A DNA stretch of 62,792 bases, filler included. It is 4 parts of 4 records of this genome, joined end to end, with 100 filler letters (N's around TTAATTAATTAA, not from the genome) between each part and the next. Parts side by side here need not be neighbours in the genome. Positions count along the whole stretch, not along the records: positions 21,046 to 46,896 come from SRR20825019_1874; positions 46,997 to 55,114 come from SRR20825019_1876; 2 more parts are not named here. The stretch is one strand, 5' to 3'. The position numbers and the translations under genes are program-made. The notes beneath the pieces were generated by a model. It did not search any database. It was not told the DNA's origin and saw only the letters and a program-made list of their open reading frames with translations. Positions 34,618 to 47,051 of the stretch are shown piece after piece. Every line of letters begins with the position of its first letter. The first letter of the stretch is position 1.

Positions 34618-35450
34618 TTCTGCACTCTTTGGTTCTGCTATGAATTAGGCAAGTTAATAACGTTATATATTTTATTAGTGTGGATGGTTGTTTAGGAATG
34701 CATATTGGGGTTTTTGGGGTTCCCTAGCCCTAGAGACTCTTTCGGGTAAACCTGTCAATCCCACACTCATCATCATGACATCAGAAAGCGTGGTAGGAGT
34801 CATGTGCTGCACTGGCTGGCGTGGTGAATCTAGTCCTGGTGCGGTGCCCCTCAGGTGGGCCGTCACATGGTGCGCCGGCTCTGCGCAGTGAGCACGATTC
34901 GACCTCTAGGCGCCATAGGGGGCGCCGGGCACTCAAGTCCGCGTGACCAGTGTGGCCTGATCCACGCTGTGAGGATAATCCGCCCGACTTGACGACGACT
35001 TTCGGCGACGCCGGCTCAGCGGACGAAAATAAATGACACCTGGACGGTCCGATGAGAGTCGTCACGTGGCCTGTGTCCCGATCGCCGCTGCATGTCATTT
35101 TGGTGACCGGACTAAAGCCCCGGGCGCCGGCGCCCCGCTTACCCGCCGCGGGGCACTGAGCGGCCCGGCTCTGATCGGAATAATCCGGCACTGATGATGA
35201 CCGTCGGCAACAACATGATCACCTCGCCGGAGCCGATCACGGTTCGGTTGGCCGAACTGTCAGCTCTTGACGCTCGGCATCACTGCTTGCCTCTGCATCA
35301 CTCATCAGCCTCCTCGTCTCTCTTTTCTCTGCCTGCTCTCAGTAAACACGATCTGATGGATCTATTCATGGTCACACTCAGGTTATTTTAAGTTACACTA
35401 TATAATTGTTATTTGTAAACAGGTATTTCGAGAATTTTTCTTGTGTCTCA

Positions 35451-36813
35451 TCATAGACCCGCAATCTCGATGGAAACTTTGAAGGTGTCATTTGACACGG
35501 TGCTTGCTATCGCCTCAAACTCCTTCTGTAACTCTTGCAGGCTCCGGGAAACATCATTCTCAGACTGTGGCGTCAAGTCTGCAGGGGCTCGAGTGCACTC
35601 GTTTGGTGCACAATCTTCATCTTTCTGCGGTTTCAAGGGGAAATCGACACCATTCCCATGACCATCCCAATCGTCCAGTTCCCCCACTTGCATCGCTACT
35701 ACTTTTTCTCGCTCCAACTCGGCTTTGCTCTGTCCCATATTATTGTTACTGCTGAGTGGTTAGACTAAGGACGATAACAAATGCCACCATTACGTACATG
35801 ACTCCAATAAACAAGTTCAAGATAATGAATGATCCCAACAGCGTAAATGACACGAAGTATAGCACAGACACCACCGGTTGGCCATGTGAATCGGTACACA
35901 GGTGTGCGTGCGCGCTATCGTACCAGTCCTGGCAACCATAAATATTAATGTACATAAGGTCTGTCCAGTCTTCCAATGTTACAACACGGAACAGAGTCAA
36001 CAATGCGATAGGAAGGGATGACCAGTGGAAAGGATCATTGTCGCGGAACAAAAACACACCCAGGACTCCATACACGTAGCTGCCAGGAATATTAGTGGAA
36101 GTTCAACAAAGCAGTACATCATCTCACAATGCCACAAACAGCAAGACACTAATGTAGAAAATGGATGGAATGCTAGAAAGCAGCGTGTTGACAAGGACCT
36201 GGAGCTCGGGTATTGCCTTAAGCAGCCTCAGGACACGAACAAGCCTGCAAATTCGGAAAACCACAATAGGCCCTGCACTCTCCGGAAGCAACGAAGTGAT
36301 CACAATGAGGGTGTCAAAGACATTCCAGGGATCTTTGAAGAACCGCCAGAAAAACCTTCCCTCCGCAATGAACTTTACGGTAAGCTCAAATACGAATACA
36401 CTCAGTATGATGTAGTCAATAACCAGGAATATGTCCTTGTAGTCATGGTCCAATGTTTCATTCGTTTGCAAGCCAACTTGAATGCCTGCGAGTACAATGA
36501 ACGACACCACGAGCAACTTGAATGGAGCCCACTCTTTAAGCCAATTGCATAACCTCACCAACTTTGCTACAGTCAGTTGAGGCATAAAACTACTTGTGGC
36601 ATGACTTACATTTGCAAAGGGGCTGGTCAGCCTTCCAAAGACAGCTCGGGCACTAGACCCCCTCTTGCGAGGAATATCCTGAAAACCGGGTAACTTGGCA
36701 GCTCCAGTGGCGCTATCATCGGGGTGCTCTCCATCAGAGGGGTGAGGGTGTCCGGTTACCTCTGGCACCGTGTTGTCAGCACTACTACTTGTTACCATAC
36801 TATCGTGGGCCAA
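35451..36813 (-). CDS. Single-domain (6-TM) voltage-gated cation channel, BacNav/EukCat-like; 5' end unresolved
   Basis: S3 FFKDPWNVFD, S4 FRICRLVRVLRLLK, pore LLTLFRVVTLEDWTDLMY, S6 FIILNLFIGV and a short coiled-coil tail, interrupted by short introns. Confidence 0.88.
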
Positions 36814-37711
36814 GCGTTTGGTAGGTCTATCGCTTCACTCTGCTTCCTAAAACTAGACATCACACGCATATGTACAAGGAAGCTGCTGCTCCACAATACT
36901 GGGATCGGGTGAGCCTTCGCGACCTTAGAGTCTCGGTAAGTGTTCAACAACTGTCGACGACTGCAAACAGGGCTTCAGAGGTGTAGCCTGGTGAGTGGGG
37001 GCCGGGGGTGGGGGGAAACTACAACTGACCTTCGACGAAACGTTAGGAGGGGGTAACGCTCTCAAACGGGCGGCTCGCAGTTTATAGTTCCTGAAGTGGA
37101 TAACGGTGCGATCATCAACGATACCACCCTTTCAACAACCGAAAGGCGATGGGGATCCGTCGCCCAAGGCTGGGCTGGCCCCAATCAAAAGTTGGATGCT
37201 CCTCTGGGGGCGTGACAGTGTGCAGTGTCATGAAGGAGCACAACCCCGCCCAATGCGGCCCGGCCAGGCTCACTTCACGACAGCATCCGACGCATGCTGC
37301 GTGGCCCGGGTGAGGACCGTGCGTTTCGGATCGGGGGCCGGGATGAGATCACCCGATCTCGCACTCCGCGTGATCTGACAGTCGTAGGAGATCTCACGGG
37401 GGGGGAAAGTTCTTCTTCGTCTGTTTATATGTGTCAATTATATGACCTGCTTGATTCAATACCCTCCTCTTCATTCACCACGCAGGCGACCCTTCATCCC
37501 AATCAATGATGTGGTGAAATAGCCAAGCCGACGTTGAGCCGAAGGCATGAACAACTGGCAGTGAGCGCGCCCGAGACAGGAATTGAAGAGACTTCAAAAG
37601 ACTGTTCAGTTTTCTAATTGGAAGACGTACAGGGCAATGTGTATTGTAACAACTTTGTCACATAGAGAACTGAACCGTCGAAGAACAGTGCACAATACTG
37701 CAAGTTTTTTT

Positions 37712-40165
37712 TTACAAAGCAGATGAAATCTGGTCGACATGAACAACATTCACAGTGCAGTCACTGGCGCAAGTCGTCAGAACCCCGTTTGGTTGAGAGG
37801 GTTTGGTGCTGACTCTCCATTTTAGCCCTTCAATACTTCCATTGTGAATTCTTTTTTTGTAAACCTCTTCGCGTGACTCCGTGTCCCATATAATCAAGAA
37901 GCTGTCCCATGCAGAAGTCAATAAAAGGTCATTGGTATTAACCAGAACACCTACCCTGAAAGAGTACAAGCTGCGACACGAGTGCCTTTCGTTTCAAGAG
38001 CAGCATACGTGATAGTGTGACTAATACCACAAGTGTAGGTTGAAAACACATGCTCGAGCTCCCAAGTCTTTGGATCATACACACGTAGACTTTTGTCATC
38101 ACTGCAAGAAATGAATTTCACGCCGCTTCTTGTTTCTTGCCAGTCGACACAAGTTACAGCCATGGTGTGACCCGTAAGGATGCACTCTTGTACAAGGCCT
38201 TTCGGATTACCCTCATTGTCTACTTCTACGTTCCATATAACTACTGTCTGATCTTCTGATGCTATGAAAAGGAATAAATAATCTGTTTACCGTTACGATA
38301 GACGAGTGCATATTACCTGTCGCGAAACTAGTATTGTCTGGGCTCCAGACCACAGACCAGACCTCCGCAAAGCGGTGCAAGGAGCCAAATCTGATATTGA
38401 GGTTGGACCGTGCACAAACAAACATGAGCTACAAAAAAACGACCAACCTAAGGTCTTGTTTCTCATCTTCCGAAGAAGGAACATGTGCCAACTTTCGACT
38501 CACTATTTTTGCCTTGTTAGACAAATTTCGAATATCCAGGAGAAACACTTCTCCCCTTGTAGTACTCGCCGCAGCCATCGGCTGGCAATCCCCGTTCATC
38601 CACTGGATGCAGGTGACGGTATCGTCTTGCATCACACCTTAGTTTTGATATACTTATGTGAGAAGAACAAAGCACCTACCTAGAAAGGCGATCAGTACCG
38701 GTTCAGATGTGGTGTGCGTATCCCAAGCATAAAGCTCTCCGCCCATGCAACCAACAAGGAGGTGTGTGTGGCCATTCGTCTGCTTCCATGCCATGCTACG
38801 AACACCAGATGCTAGCTGTACACTGGCATGGGCGGAAGGCTTGCATAAACGCGATTCCACTGGCCAAAGCAGAACTGTGCCCGTAAGATCTCCAACTGCC
38901 GCGAACTTCCTACAAGGTGACAGCTCCACTCCGCAGCACGAAAGCTAAGTAGAATAGCATAATCCAATCAATAAAGTTTGATGTGAAACACAGCTTGAAG
39001 CGCATACCTTGGCTGCAGTGACTGATGTCAAGGCGGCAATATCATCAGATCCCCGCTCCAGCACATGAAGGGAATGATTCACATAAGCCCACAACTAGAA
39101 ATCAGTTAGACCGCTCAAACATGCTCATCACAACCATACCTTCTTTCTATTGGAACCCGCGCCCCATTGCATGGAGAAGCAATAGCCCTGCAAAGATGGA
39201 TCTCGCCACCTCCAGGTCGGTCCGTCCATTCCCATCTCAAGAATTTCTCGGTCTCCCTCAGAATGCACCATGAACTTTCCAGATTCATCCAAGAGCAAGC
39301 AACCAATCCGGCCAGACCCCGGCACGTCAACTTTCCATTTTTGCACTAAAGTGTCCATATCATAGACGGTGCACTCCCTCCCTACAGTTGCCACCACTAT
39401 CTCGTTCGACTCTATGCAGTGGGCAGCCATTGTCATGGGGGGGCCACAAACATTTTCTCTCCGTATCTCGGAGAGGTCGTGGCCATCAAGCATGACCAAG
39501 TCGTAGTCGAATCGACTTCCTTTATCCAGTCGCGTCTTCTCATTATCAATGACGAGTACGTTGTCGTTCTGGGTCCACGATACATATGCGAAACGACTTA
39601 GCTCCTCGTTGCTGCCGTGAAGTGGGATGGAAGCATCGATGCTCAAAGACCCATCGCTTTGAACGGACACTATTGATAGACTTTTCTGATCATTCGATGT
39701 CAACACAACTACTCTAGTTCGGTCAAAGCTGAGAGCAGCATGCCACATTGTTCCGGGCACCTGGACAGTATTCACCATATCCCAGGTATGCTTCCGCACA
39801 CGCCACGATGACACTTCCCCATTGAAAGCAAAAGTCAGAGCAAGAGCGGGCGAGTCACCATAACCTTCACGAACGCACATAAGCGACTGAACCACATCCG
39901 TGTGTGCCTCAAAGCAGTGAACGAAATCGCCTTGGGAATTCATAGAAACTCGAACGATGTTGGAGTTCAAAGGAATGTACATTTCGTTGTCGTTTGTTGT
40001 CGAAGGGTCATGATGAGGAATGGGCATCATGGCACAAAAACGCGCCGTCGGCATGCCATATGTCTTGATCGACACTTGCATTTGGTTGGGTGGATTAGTG
40101 GAGCATAAAGATGAATCTCCTTTCGTTACAACAGGCGCACTTTGGGAATTAACATGCATTAGCAT
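37712..40165 (-). CDS. WD40-repeat protein, multi-exon
   Basis: Repeated GH...WD-type units (FEAHTDVVQSL, GHTMAVTCVDWQ, SCSDDKSLRVYD, TSAWDSFLIIWD) across several minus-strand exons. The start codon is uncertain. Confidence 0.82.
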
Positions 40166-40805
40166 ACAACCTTGGCTTCGGACTCATATGGTTTACACCT
40201 CTGAGCAGTTCTGCAAATATATGTGCAAGCGTGAGTTCGATGCCGTGATGGCTCCCGTGACTGGAACACAACACTGGAGGCCGCGCGCATATGGGGAAGA
40301 GGGGTAGGCTGGGGGCAGAGAGATCGTCGTGACTAGGCTGAGGTGAACTTGAGTTGATTCGAGGGCTCCCAACCTGCCAGTGGGCCACAATTGCCGCTGG
40401 CTCAGTGAACCCCAACTCCTTCGGGGGCCTGCGGCGAACGTCTAGGGCTGGCCGCGGCACCGCTCACTCAGGGCCGGAACGGCGCGCGGCGGCCTCCAGT
40501 CACTGCCGGCTCCAGTCGGCACCGTCGAATCACGTGCGGCCGGCGCTGCCGCGCGCGGCCACCCCGGCCCGCTCCAGTTGATCGAGCCAAGGCCCCCCGC
40601 GGCGCCGAGCCCCCGGTCGCCGTCACGGAGTGGACCGGCCAAGCGCGGCCGGGCCGGGCCGGGCTGGCGTACTCAAGCCGGCCACTGAGTGGGAACGTTC
40701 ACCTGAACAAGAAAGCAGAACATTCAGTTCACTACTCCCCAAATGGGATTAATTCGCGATTTATTTTTGGCAGCACACTCCAAAACCAGGTCTTGATGGC
40801 AAAGT

Positions 40806-41045
40806 ACTCGAGAACAGGGTTGGAGGATGTTCACAAGCAACAAGCCAACTCCACCGCTTGGCGTTTCAGCCGCTAATACAAGCGAGAGGTAATAATTACA
40901 CCCAACCGAATAGGCACCGGTTCAGCCTGAGCACAGGGTTGGAGGATGTGCCCAGGCCCACCCAGGCCTTTAGACTGGAGAGATCTTTTTGGAGATGATG
41001 GGACTGCTGCAGACTTGAACACAGGGATGGAGGATGTGCTCAAGC
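40806..41045 (-). repeat. Three dispersed 33-nt stem-loop repeats (40806-40838, 40925-40957, 41013-41045); candidate structured RNA element
   Basis: Each copy has an 11-bp stem and an 11-nt loop TCCTCCA(A/T)CCC on the minus strand, with compensatory stem changes between copies. Confidence 0.8.
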
Positions 41046-41191
41046 CCTCAGCCATGTCATCATCATCAAGAATTCTTAAAACATAAATGAATGTGCTTGG
41101 ATATCGATACAAGAGCATAAAACAGACTATGTACATAATATAGGGTTGTAGATTGCCACTGACGAGTGGCTGAGTTATGGGGTGGCAACGC

Positions 41192-44100
41192 TTAGCGAGC
41201 TACAGCTTGTGCAACCGCATAAGCGCCACCATGGGAAATAGTCACCTTGATATCAGTAATACCAAGACTGCTGGCTACGCTGGAAGCGTGGCCATTGAGA
41301 CGCACGATGGGGGCACCGGATTCGGAAGGAAGAATTTCGATGTCGACCAGTGGTGCCGCAGCACCCTTCCAAAGGGAGCGGCTGTCAGGGGAGCTGTTGG
41401 AGATGGCCTTGATGACGGCCTCCTTGGCGGCCCAACGTCCAGCATAACGCTGCTGGCTATCGACCGGGGCGCTGTTGCAGTAGGCAATCTCCGAATCAGT
41501 GAAGTTGCGGGAAATGAAGGTGTTGTTCTGGACATTGATGCTCTCAATGGGCTCAAGATCCACACCAATTCCACGATCTCCAGGCTCGCGCAGTCCCTCC
41601 GCGACCTCGCGCATGGTCACCTCAAGCTTTGTGCTCACGGGGACACGAGCCTTGGGGAAGCGGTTGGCAGTGTTGTCCTTAACACCCCAAGTGTCGGTCT
41701 TGCTATCGTAGGAAGCGCGGGCACTCGGGTCAAGATACACATCCTGCTCGGATTTCTTGCTGTATGGAGCAGAGGTTTTCACCTCAATGTACTTCCTCTT
41801 GCCTGTCACAGACTCATTCAGGTAGCGGTAGGACTTCTGCTCACGCGCAGCACGGCGCATCATGTAAGTGTCCAACTCGGACTCATCCAGAGTGGCAAGG
41901 AAGAACTCGGGGTTGATGATCATCAACTCGGCACCAGCCTGGCCAAAACCGAAGGACGTAATCAAAGCGGCCTTGAAGGTGTCGGTGGCAATGGTACGGT
42001 TGGGGTACGACAGGAATTCGAAGCGGCGGAGATCTGGGTCCACGTTGTCGGCGTTGCGGTTTCCAGGCACAATACCAGCATGCATAGCCTGCATCACACC
42101 GTTGAACATCCAGCCGGCCGCGGCACCCTTGGGATGACCGGTGAGCCACTTCTGGCAAATGACGGCAACCTTGTTGCCCTTGCTGCGACCGAGGTGCTCA
42201 AGCTGCTTGTTAATAACCTCAGACTCGTTCTTGTCGTTGGCCTTGGTTCCGGTGCCGTGGAAAGTCGCGACGTCAATATCATCGGGAGACAGTCCATAGA
42301 CGGCCAGGGCACCACGGATAGGGCTAATCTGGGGATTGTCCACATAGAAGGAGTTACCCCACCTCATAAGAGCAGAACGGCGCATGCGTTGCTCTTCCTG
42401 CTCCAAGAAGAGCTTTCTCTCCTCGAGGTAATCCTCAGTATCTTTGTCCTTGCCGGTGAGCTTCTTTAGCTCCTCGGCCTCCTGCATAATTGTTTCCATC
42501 TCGGTCTCAAGCCAATCCTTGATGTGGCGCAACTCGCGGTCCAGATTCTTACGGCGGTAGCTGATATTGAGGAGAGGGCTACGGGCGGCCCCGGGAAGCT
42601 CGCGCGCAGCAGTCATAATACCCTGGCCAGGGGCAGGGATCGAACGGCCCTCCTTGTCGGTGGCGGTCGTTGTCATGGCGCAGATGGCATAGATGGGCAC
42701 GCCCATCTTAATAGCAAGGTCGCCAGCCATGAGAAGCTGCACAGCAGCACCTTGGGACTCCATAAATCCGGCACGGGAGGTAGCGCAAGGACGCGACATC
42801 TCCTTGGGTTCACGTCCCTTGGCAACTTCATCAGCATTGTTGCTGGTGGCCTTCATGCTAGCAAACTCGTTGCTGCCCTCTTCTCCAAAGTCGTCAAATC
42901 CACCAACAACCATCACCTTCGCCTTGCCGCTCATAATGGTCTCAACACCAATCTCAACAGACTCGGCAGCGGTGGCACATGCGCCGACTGGCGTCTTGAT
43001 AGGACCAGACGAGGAGAGAAGGAGCAGATTCATCCACGCAGCCGTGGTGTTGATGAAGGTCTCCTGAAGGATATCGCCCTGGATGGACTCGGCATCGTTG
43101 AAGATGCGCTCGCGGAAAGTCTTACGAAGGGAACGCATGCCTCCCATACCTCCACCAGCACTGTTTCCGACCTCACTGACGTGGACATACTCATAGAACT
43201 CGTAAGGATCGGACACACCAGCAGAAACAAAGGCATCCATGCATGACGCCAGAGAATAGAGGGTGACAGGGTCCACCTGGGTGATGATGTCATTGGGAAG
43301 ACCCAGAACTTCTGGGCTCCATCCAGTTGGTACTTGACCGGCAACGAAGCGATCAAACTTGAGAGCCTTGGGCACGTGGAGAACCGCACCCTTCTTCATC
43401 TTGACATACCATTGACCGTTACGCTCGTAGGTGTCGACATTATCACCATGCTCAGACTTGAAGTTGGCAGCCTCCTCGGCATCCTGCACCTCGATAGGAG
43501 CCATGTCGCGATCAAGAGCCACAGCGTGCATGTGGAACTTCTTCTCGGGCGTGTAGCCACGGAACAGCTCGGGCTCAATGATACGGACACCGGTGTGACC
43601 CAAGATGGTCTCCTCATAGCGAGCCTTCACCTCAACATCAGGGACAGCTTCGCCAGACTCAGCGTCAGTCCAGGTACCGTTGGCATACTTGATGAGGCCC
43701 ATCACCCAAGCAAGCTCGATGCATCCTTCAAGGGAGAACTCACCAAACGCTTCCATCTCCCAGCGGGTACGGGCATTGCCGTAAGGTCCAAGCTCACCAA
43801 ACCCAGTGACAACAACAACACGAGACGGATCCACCATTCCCTTCAAATAGGAGAGGGAAGCCAAACGCTCCTTGCTGGGGAGCTTGGGGAACTCGGGGGC
43901 AAGGTTAGCACGGGGGCTGACCTTCTTCGGGGCAGGTTCCTTGCCAAGCACAGCAGTGCGGTCAGCGATGGTATCAGCCACCACGGCACGGCGCACAGCG
44001 GCCTCATGCTCAAGAGTAGTACGGAGAAGGGTAGTGGTGTCCTTAAGATCCTCGATGGCTTGCATGCCACCACTAAGGTCGGCCCAGACGGGGCACATCT

Positions 44101-46896
44101 GCGACATGGTTACCATGCTAGGATGCATGAGGGCAGCCAAATTGAAAGCCATCTCACGAGGAGTGAAAGTGCGGCAGCCCAAATCCTCGATTCCAGGAGA
44201 CACCAAGTTGTTGGCGCTCATCAGACCAGTACCACGAGTCCAGCCAATCACAGCACCAGCGATGCTGATGTAGTCCTGCAGACCCTCGGAACTCCACTTG
44301 TTGACCATTGTCTCCAAGGCAATTTTAGATTCGGAGTACAGACCGTCGTATCCAAACAGTCCGTGGTTGGGAGAAAGGGGCAAGACTACCAAGGCCGGGC
44401 GAGTCACAATGCCACGAGCCTCCTTCGCGTTCTTGACTGTTCCCACAAGGCGAACAGTGTTTGTAAGCATGATGCGGTGGGCAAGCTCCGAGCGAGAGTC
44501 AATACCACCGATATCGCGACCATTCTCGCTTAGGGCAGCGAAGGGAAGAACAAAGTCCAGGTCAAGCTTGAGAACATCATAGATGTGGCTCACCAAGGCA
44601 TTGATGTCCTGGTTGGAGGCCTGGTTGAAGGGATAGACGTACAACTTCGAGCCCTTGCCACAGTTCTTCTCGTACGTCTCCTGGAAGAACTTGCACGTGT
44701 TCTTGCTGAAACTGCTGGTGGTAGCAATTACAGTGGCACCTCCGGCGAGCAGGCACTTGATCACCTCAATACCAATGGATCCCTTGCCACAGCCGGTGAC
44801 AAGGGCGGCCTTGCCCTTGTAGGTAACACCCTCATTGCTCATCTTCTCGAGTGTAGTCAAGTAGGTGTTGGTGCCATCAGGGTCAAAAACATGGCTGTTG
44901 GGGTCGCCAGCCGCTGCCTTCTTGACGTACAAGAAAGGCATATTCTTCCTCTTGCTACCAGCAGCCTTGGCCTTCTTATCAAGGCGTTTAGCAGCCATCA
45001 TGCGGGCATGAAGGTTGGGCTTCTGCTTGGGGTCCTTCTTCGTGGCAGCAACACGCTGTTTATCAGAGGCAGCACCAGTAGTTTCGGCCTCGGGCTCGGC
45101 GAGGAGAGCAGAACCACGCTTCATCTCCTCGACATACTCCTGGAAGTTGCTCACTTCTTCACGGGCAATCTCCTTGTACACGATCTTGCCATCTTCAGAC
45201 ACCTCAGCGAAGGGCGCGGTAGGCTTGGAAAGCTCATGATACACAGGAGGAAGGTCGAGGCATGCCTTCAGATCCTCCAAGAGGAGGTTGGTGGCACGGC
45301 TCAGGCGCGGAACATCATCTGCACCAGCCTTAGCAACATAATGCTCGACCAAGGCAACAAGCTCGGGAGTGGCGCGGTTCAATAGCCGGGAACGAACTTC
45401 GCATGAAGAAGGATCACGGTAGCCACGGCGGCCACTGCGAATGTCATGGTAAAGCTCAAGAGCATCAACATAGGACAAATTCCAGAAGGCATCGAAGTGG
45501 CGCTCCTTCACAGCGGTAAACACAGGCTTAATGCCCTGAGCATAGAACTCGCCATGTTCCGCAATGATGGCGCTGTAGTCGTCCTCGACCTTCTGCCTGA
45601 TGCTCGCTTCGTTGGCGGCCATCCTCTGGTAGTGCAGTGGATCCTCGCCTAGGTAATCAAAGTATGCCTTGACCTGATCATTGAAGAGGACGCCCATTTT
45701 CTTCTCCATGGCCTTAAGTGCCTCTGAACTTACGGCGGGTCCGGCAGCGCCGCCACCACCACCGCCACCCTGAGAGGCCCGGGGCACGCTAATGCCCGCA
45801 GCAGAGCCATAAGAGTCCGCAACGGAATCAATCCAGCTGATGGCCTCGGCATCGGAGTTGAGACGACCAGCAGGCTCCATGGTCAGAGCGTGGACAAACA
45901 CAGCGTCCATGCGACCTTCACCAAGCATACGCTCACCAGAAAGGTGAGCCCGAAGCTGGTTGGGGCCAACACCACCAGGCATCTTACCACCAAGCATCTT
46001 GGAAACGAGACCGGAGGAGAACTTGCCCATGGAGGCATAAGATCCTCCCATAGCTGACGCCAGCTGGGAGATAGGCATGTCGCCAGCGTTGTCGACGGCT
46101 TTGCCGAACTCCTTCTCGAAGTCACCAAGAATCTCATTCTGCACAGCAGACTTGCCGCCCACCATCTCCTTGATGGATGCCTCGGGCTTCACCTCCGCGA
46201 GGCTGACCTTCAATTTCAATGCAAGGAGGGCGCGCATGGTGTCCAGGGCAGACAGAGGTTGGTCGGCAACGGGGGCCGCAGCTGGGCCGGAAGGTGCTGC
46301 AGCCATAACCGGGGCGGCTGCCGCCGCGGCAGGAGCAGCGGAGCCCTTGCCAATAGAAACCCCAACCTTGGATGCATAGGCAGAGGTCACAGAGTCCAGC
46401 CAACCCTTGGCATCGCCCTCCGAACCAAGACGGGATGCAGGCTCCATAGTGAGCGAGTGAAGCAACACACCCTCGACACGGCCTTCACCAAGGCCATAGT
46501 CACCAGAGAGATAGGCCTTGACCTGAGATGCGCCCATGCCACCAGGCATCTTGCCGCCAAGCATCTTGGAAACGAGACCAGAGGAGAATTTACCAAGACC
46601 CTTGTACGAGGCACCCATAGCAGTGGCGAGTTGAGAGATAGGCATCTCACCCGCGTTGTCGACACCCTTGCCGAACTCCTTCTCAAGGTCACCAAGAATC
46701 TCATTCTGTACGGCTGACTTGCCACCAACCATCTCCTTGATGGACTGCTCGGCCTTGACATCAGCCAAAGGCTTCTTCAACTTCAAAGCAAGGAGGACCT
46801 GGAGAGTCTCCAGCGGACTTACAGGTGCATCAGACACGGGGCCAGCAGCAGCAGCAGGCGCGGGAGCAGGGGCAGGGGCAGCAGCGACAGGGGCAG
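41192..46896 (-). CDS. Fungal-type type I fatty acid synthase, alpha-like part (ACP-ACP-KR-KS-PPT); 5' partial
   Basis: Two ACPs each with GGKSAVQNEILGD, KR LVTGCGKGSIG, KS PVGACATA / FHGTGT / GHPKGAA / SFGFGQ, and C-terminal PPTase GIGVDLE...GRWAAKEAVIKA. The frame stays open through an Ala/Pro linker to the contig edge. Confidence 0.96.
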
Positions 46897-46996
46897 NNNN
46901 NNNNNNNNNNNNNNNNNNNNNNNNNNNNNNNNNNNNNNNNTTAATTAATTAANNNNNNNNNNNNNNNNNNNNNNNNNNNNNNNNNNNNNNNNNNNN
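46897..46996. other. Artificial contig spacer
   Basis: N-run / TTAATTAATTAA / N-run. Confidence 0.98.
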
Positions 46997-47051
46997 CTTC
47001 AGACGCGTGATCTGTCCCTCAGTTTGGAGAGCATGAGGAATTGTGTGGCAT

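Noticed and set aside
40806-41045. CRISPR-array or CsrB/RsmZ reading of the three hairpin repeats (plus-strand loops are GGA-rich)
   Set aside because: Spacers are unequal (86 and 55 nt), stems diverge, there are no cas genes and the contig is eukaryotic. The G-U pairs form only on the minus strand, arguing against the plus-strand GGA-loop reading.
40873-41136. 87-aa minus-strand ORF across the hairpin array
   Set aside because: It has no recognisable features and does not explain the stem covariation; likely incidental.
41177-46717. Long plus-strand ORFs (430, 240, 399, 266 aa) opposite FAS
   Set aside because: These are antisense shadows of a codon-biased real gene.
46896-46997. Horizontal transfer of the IS/redox cluster into the eukaryote next to FAS
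   Set aside because: The adjacency is created by the artificial spacer; there is no real junction sequence.
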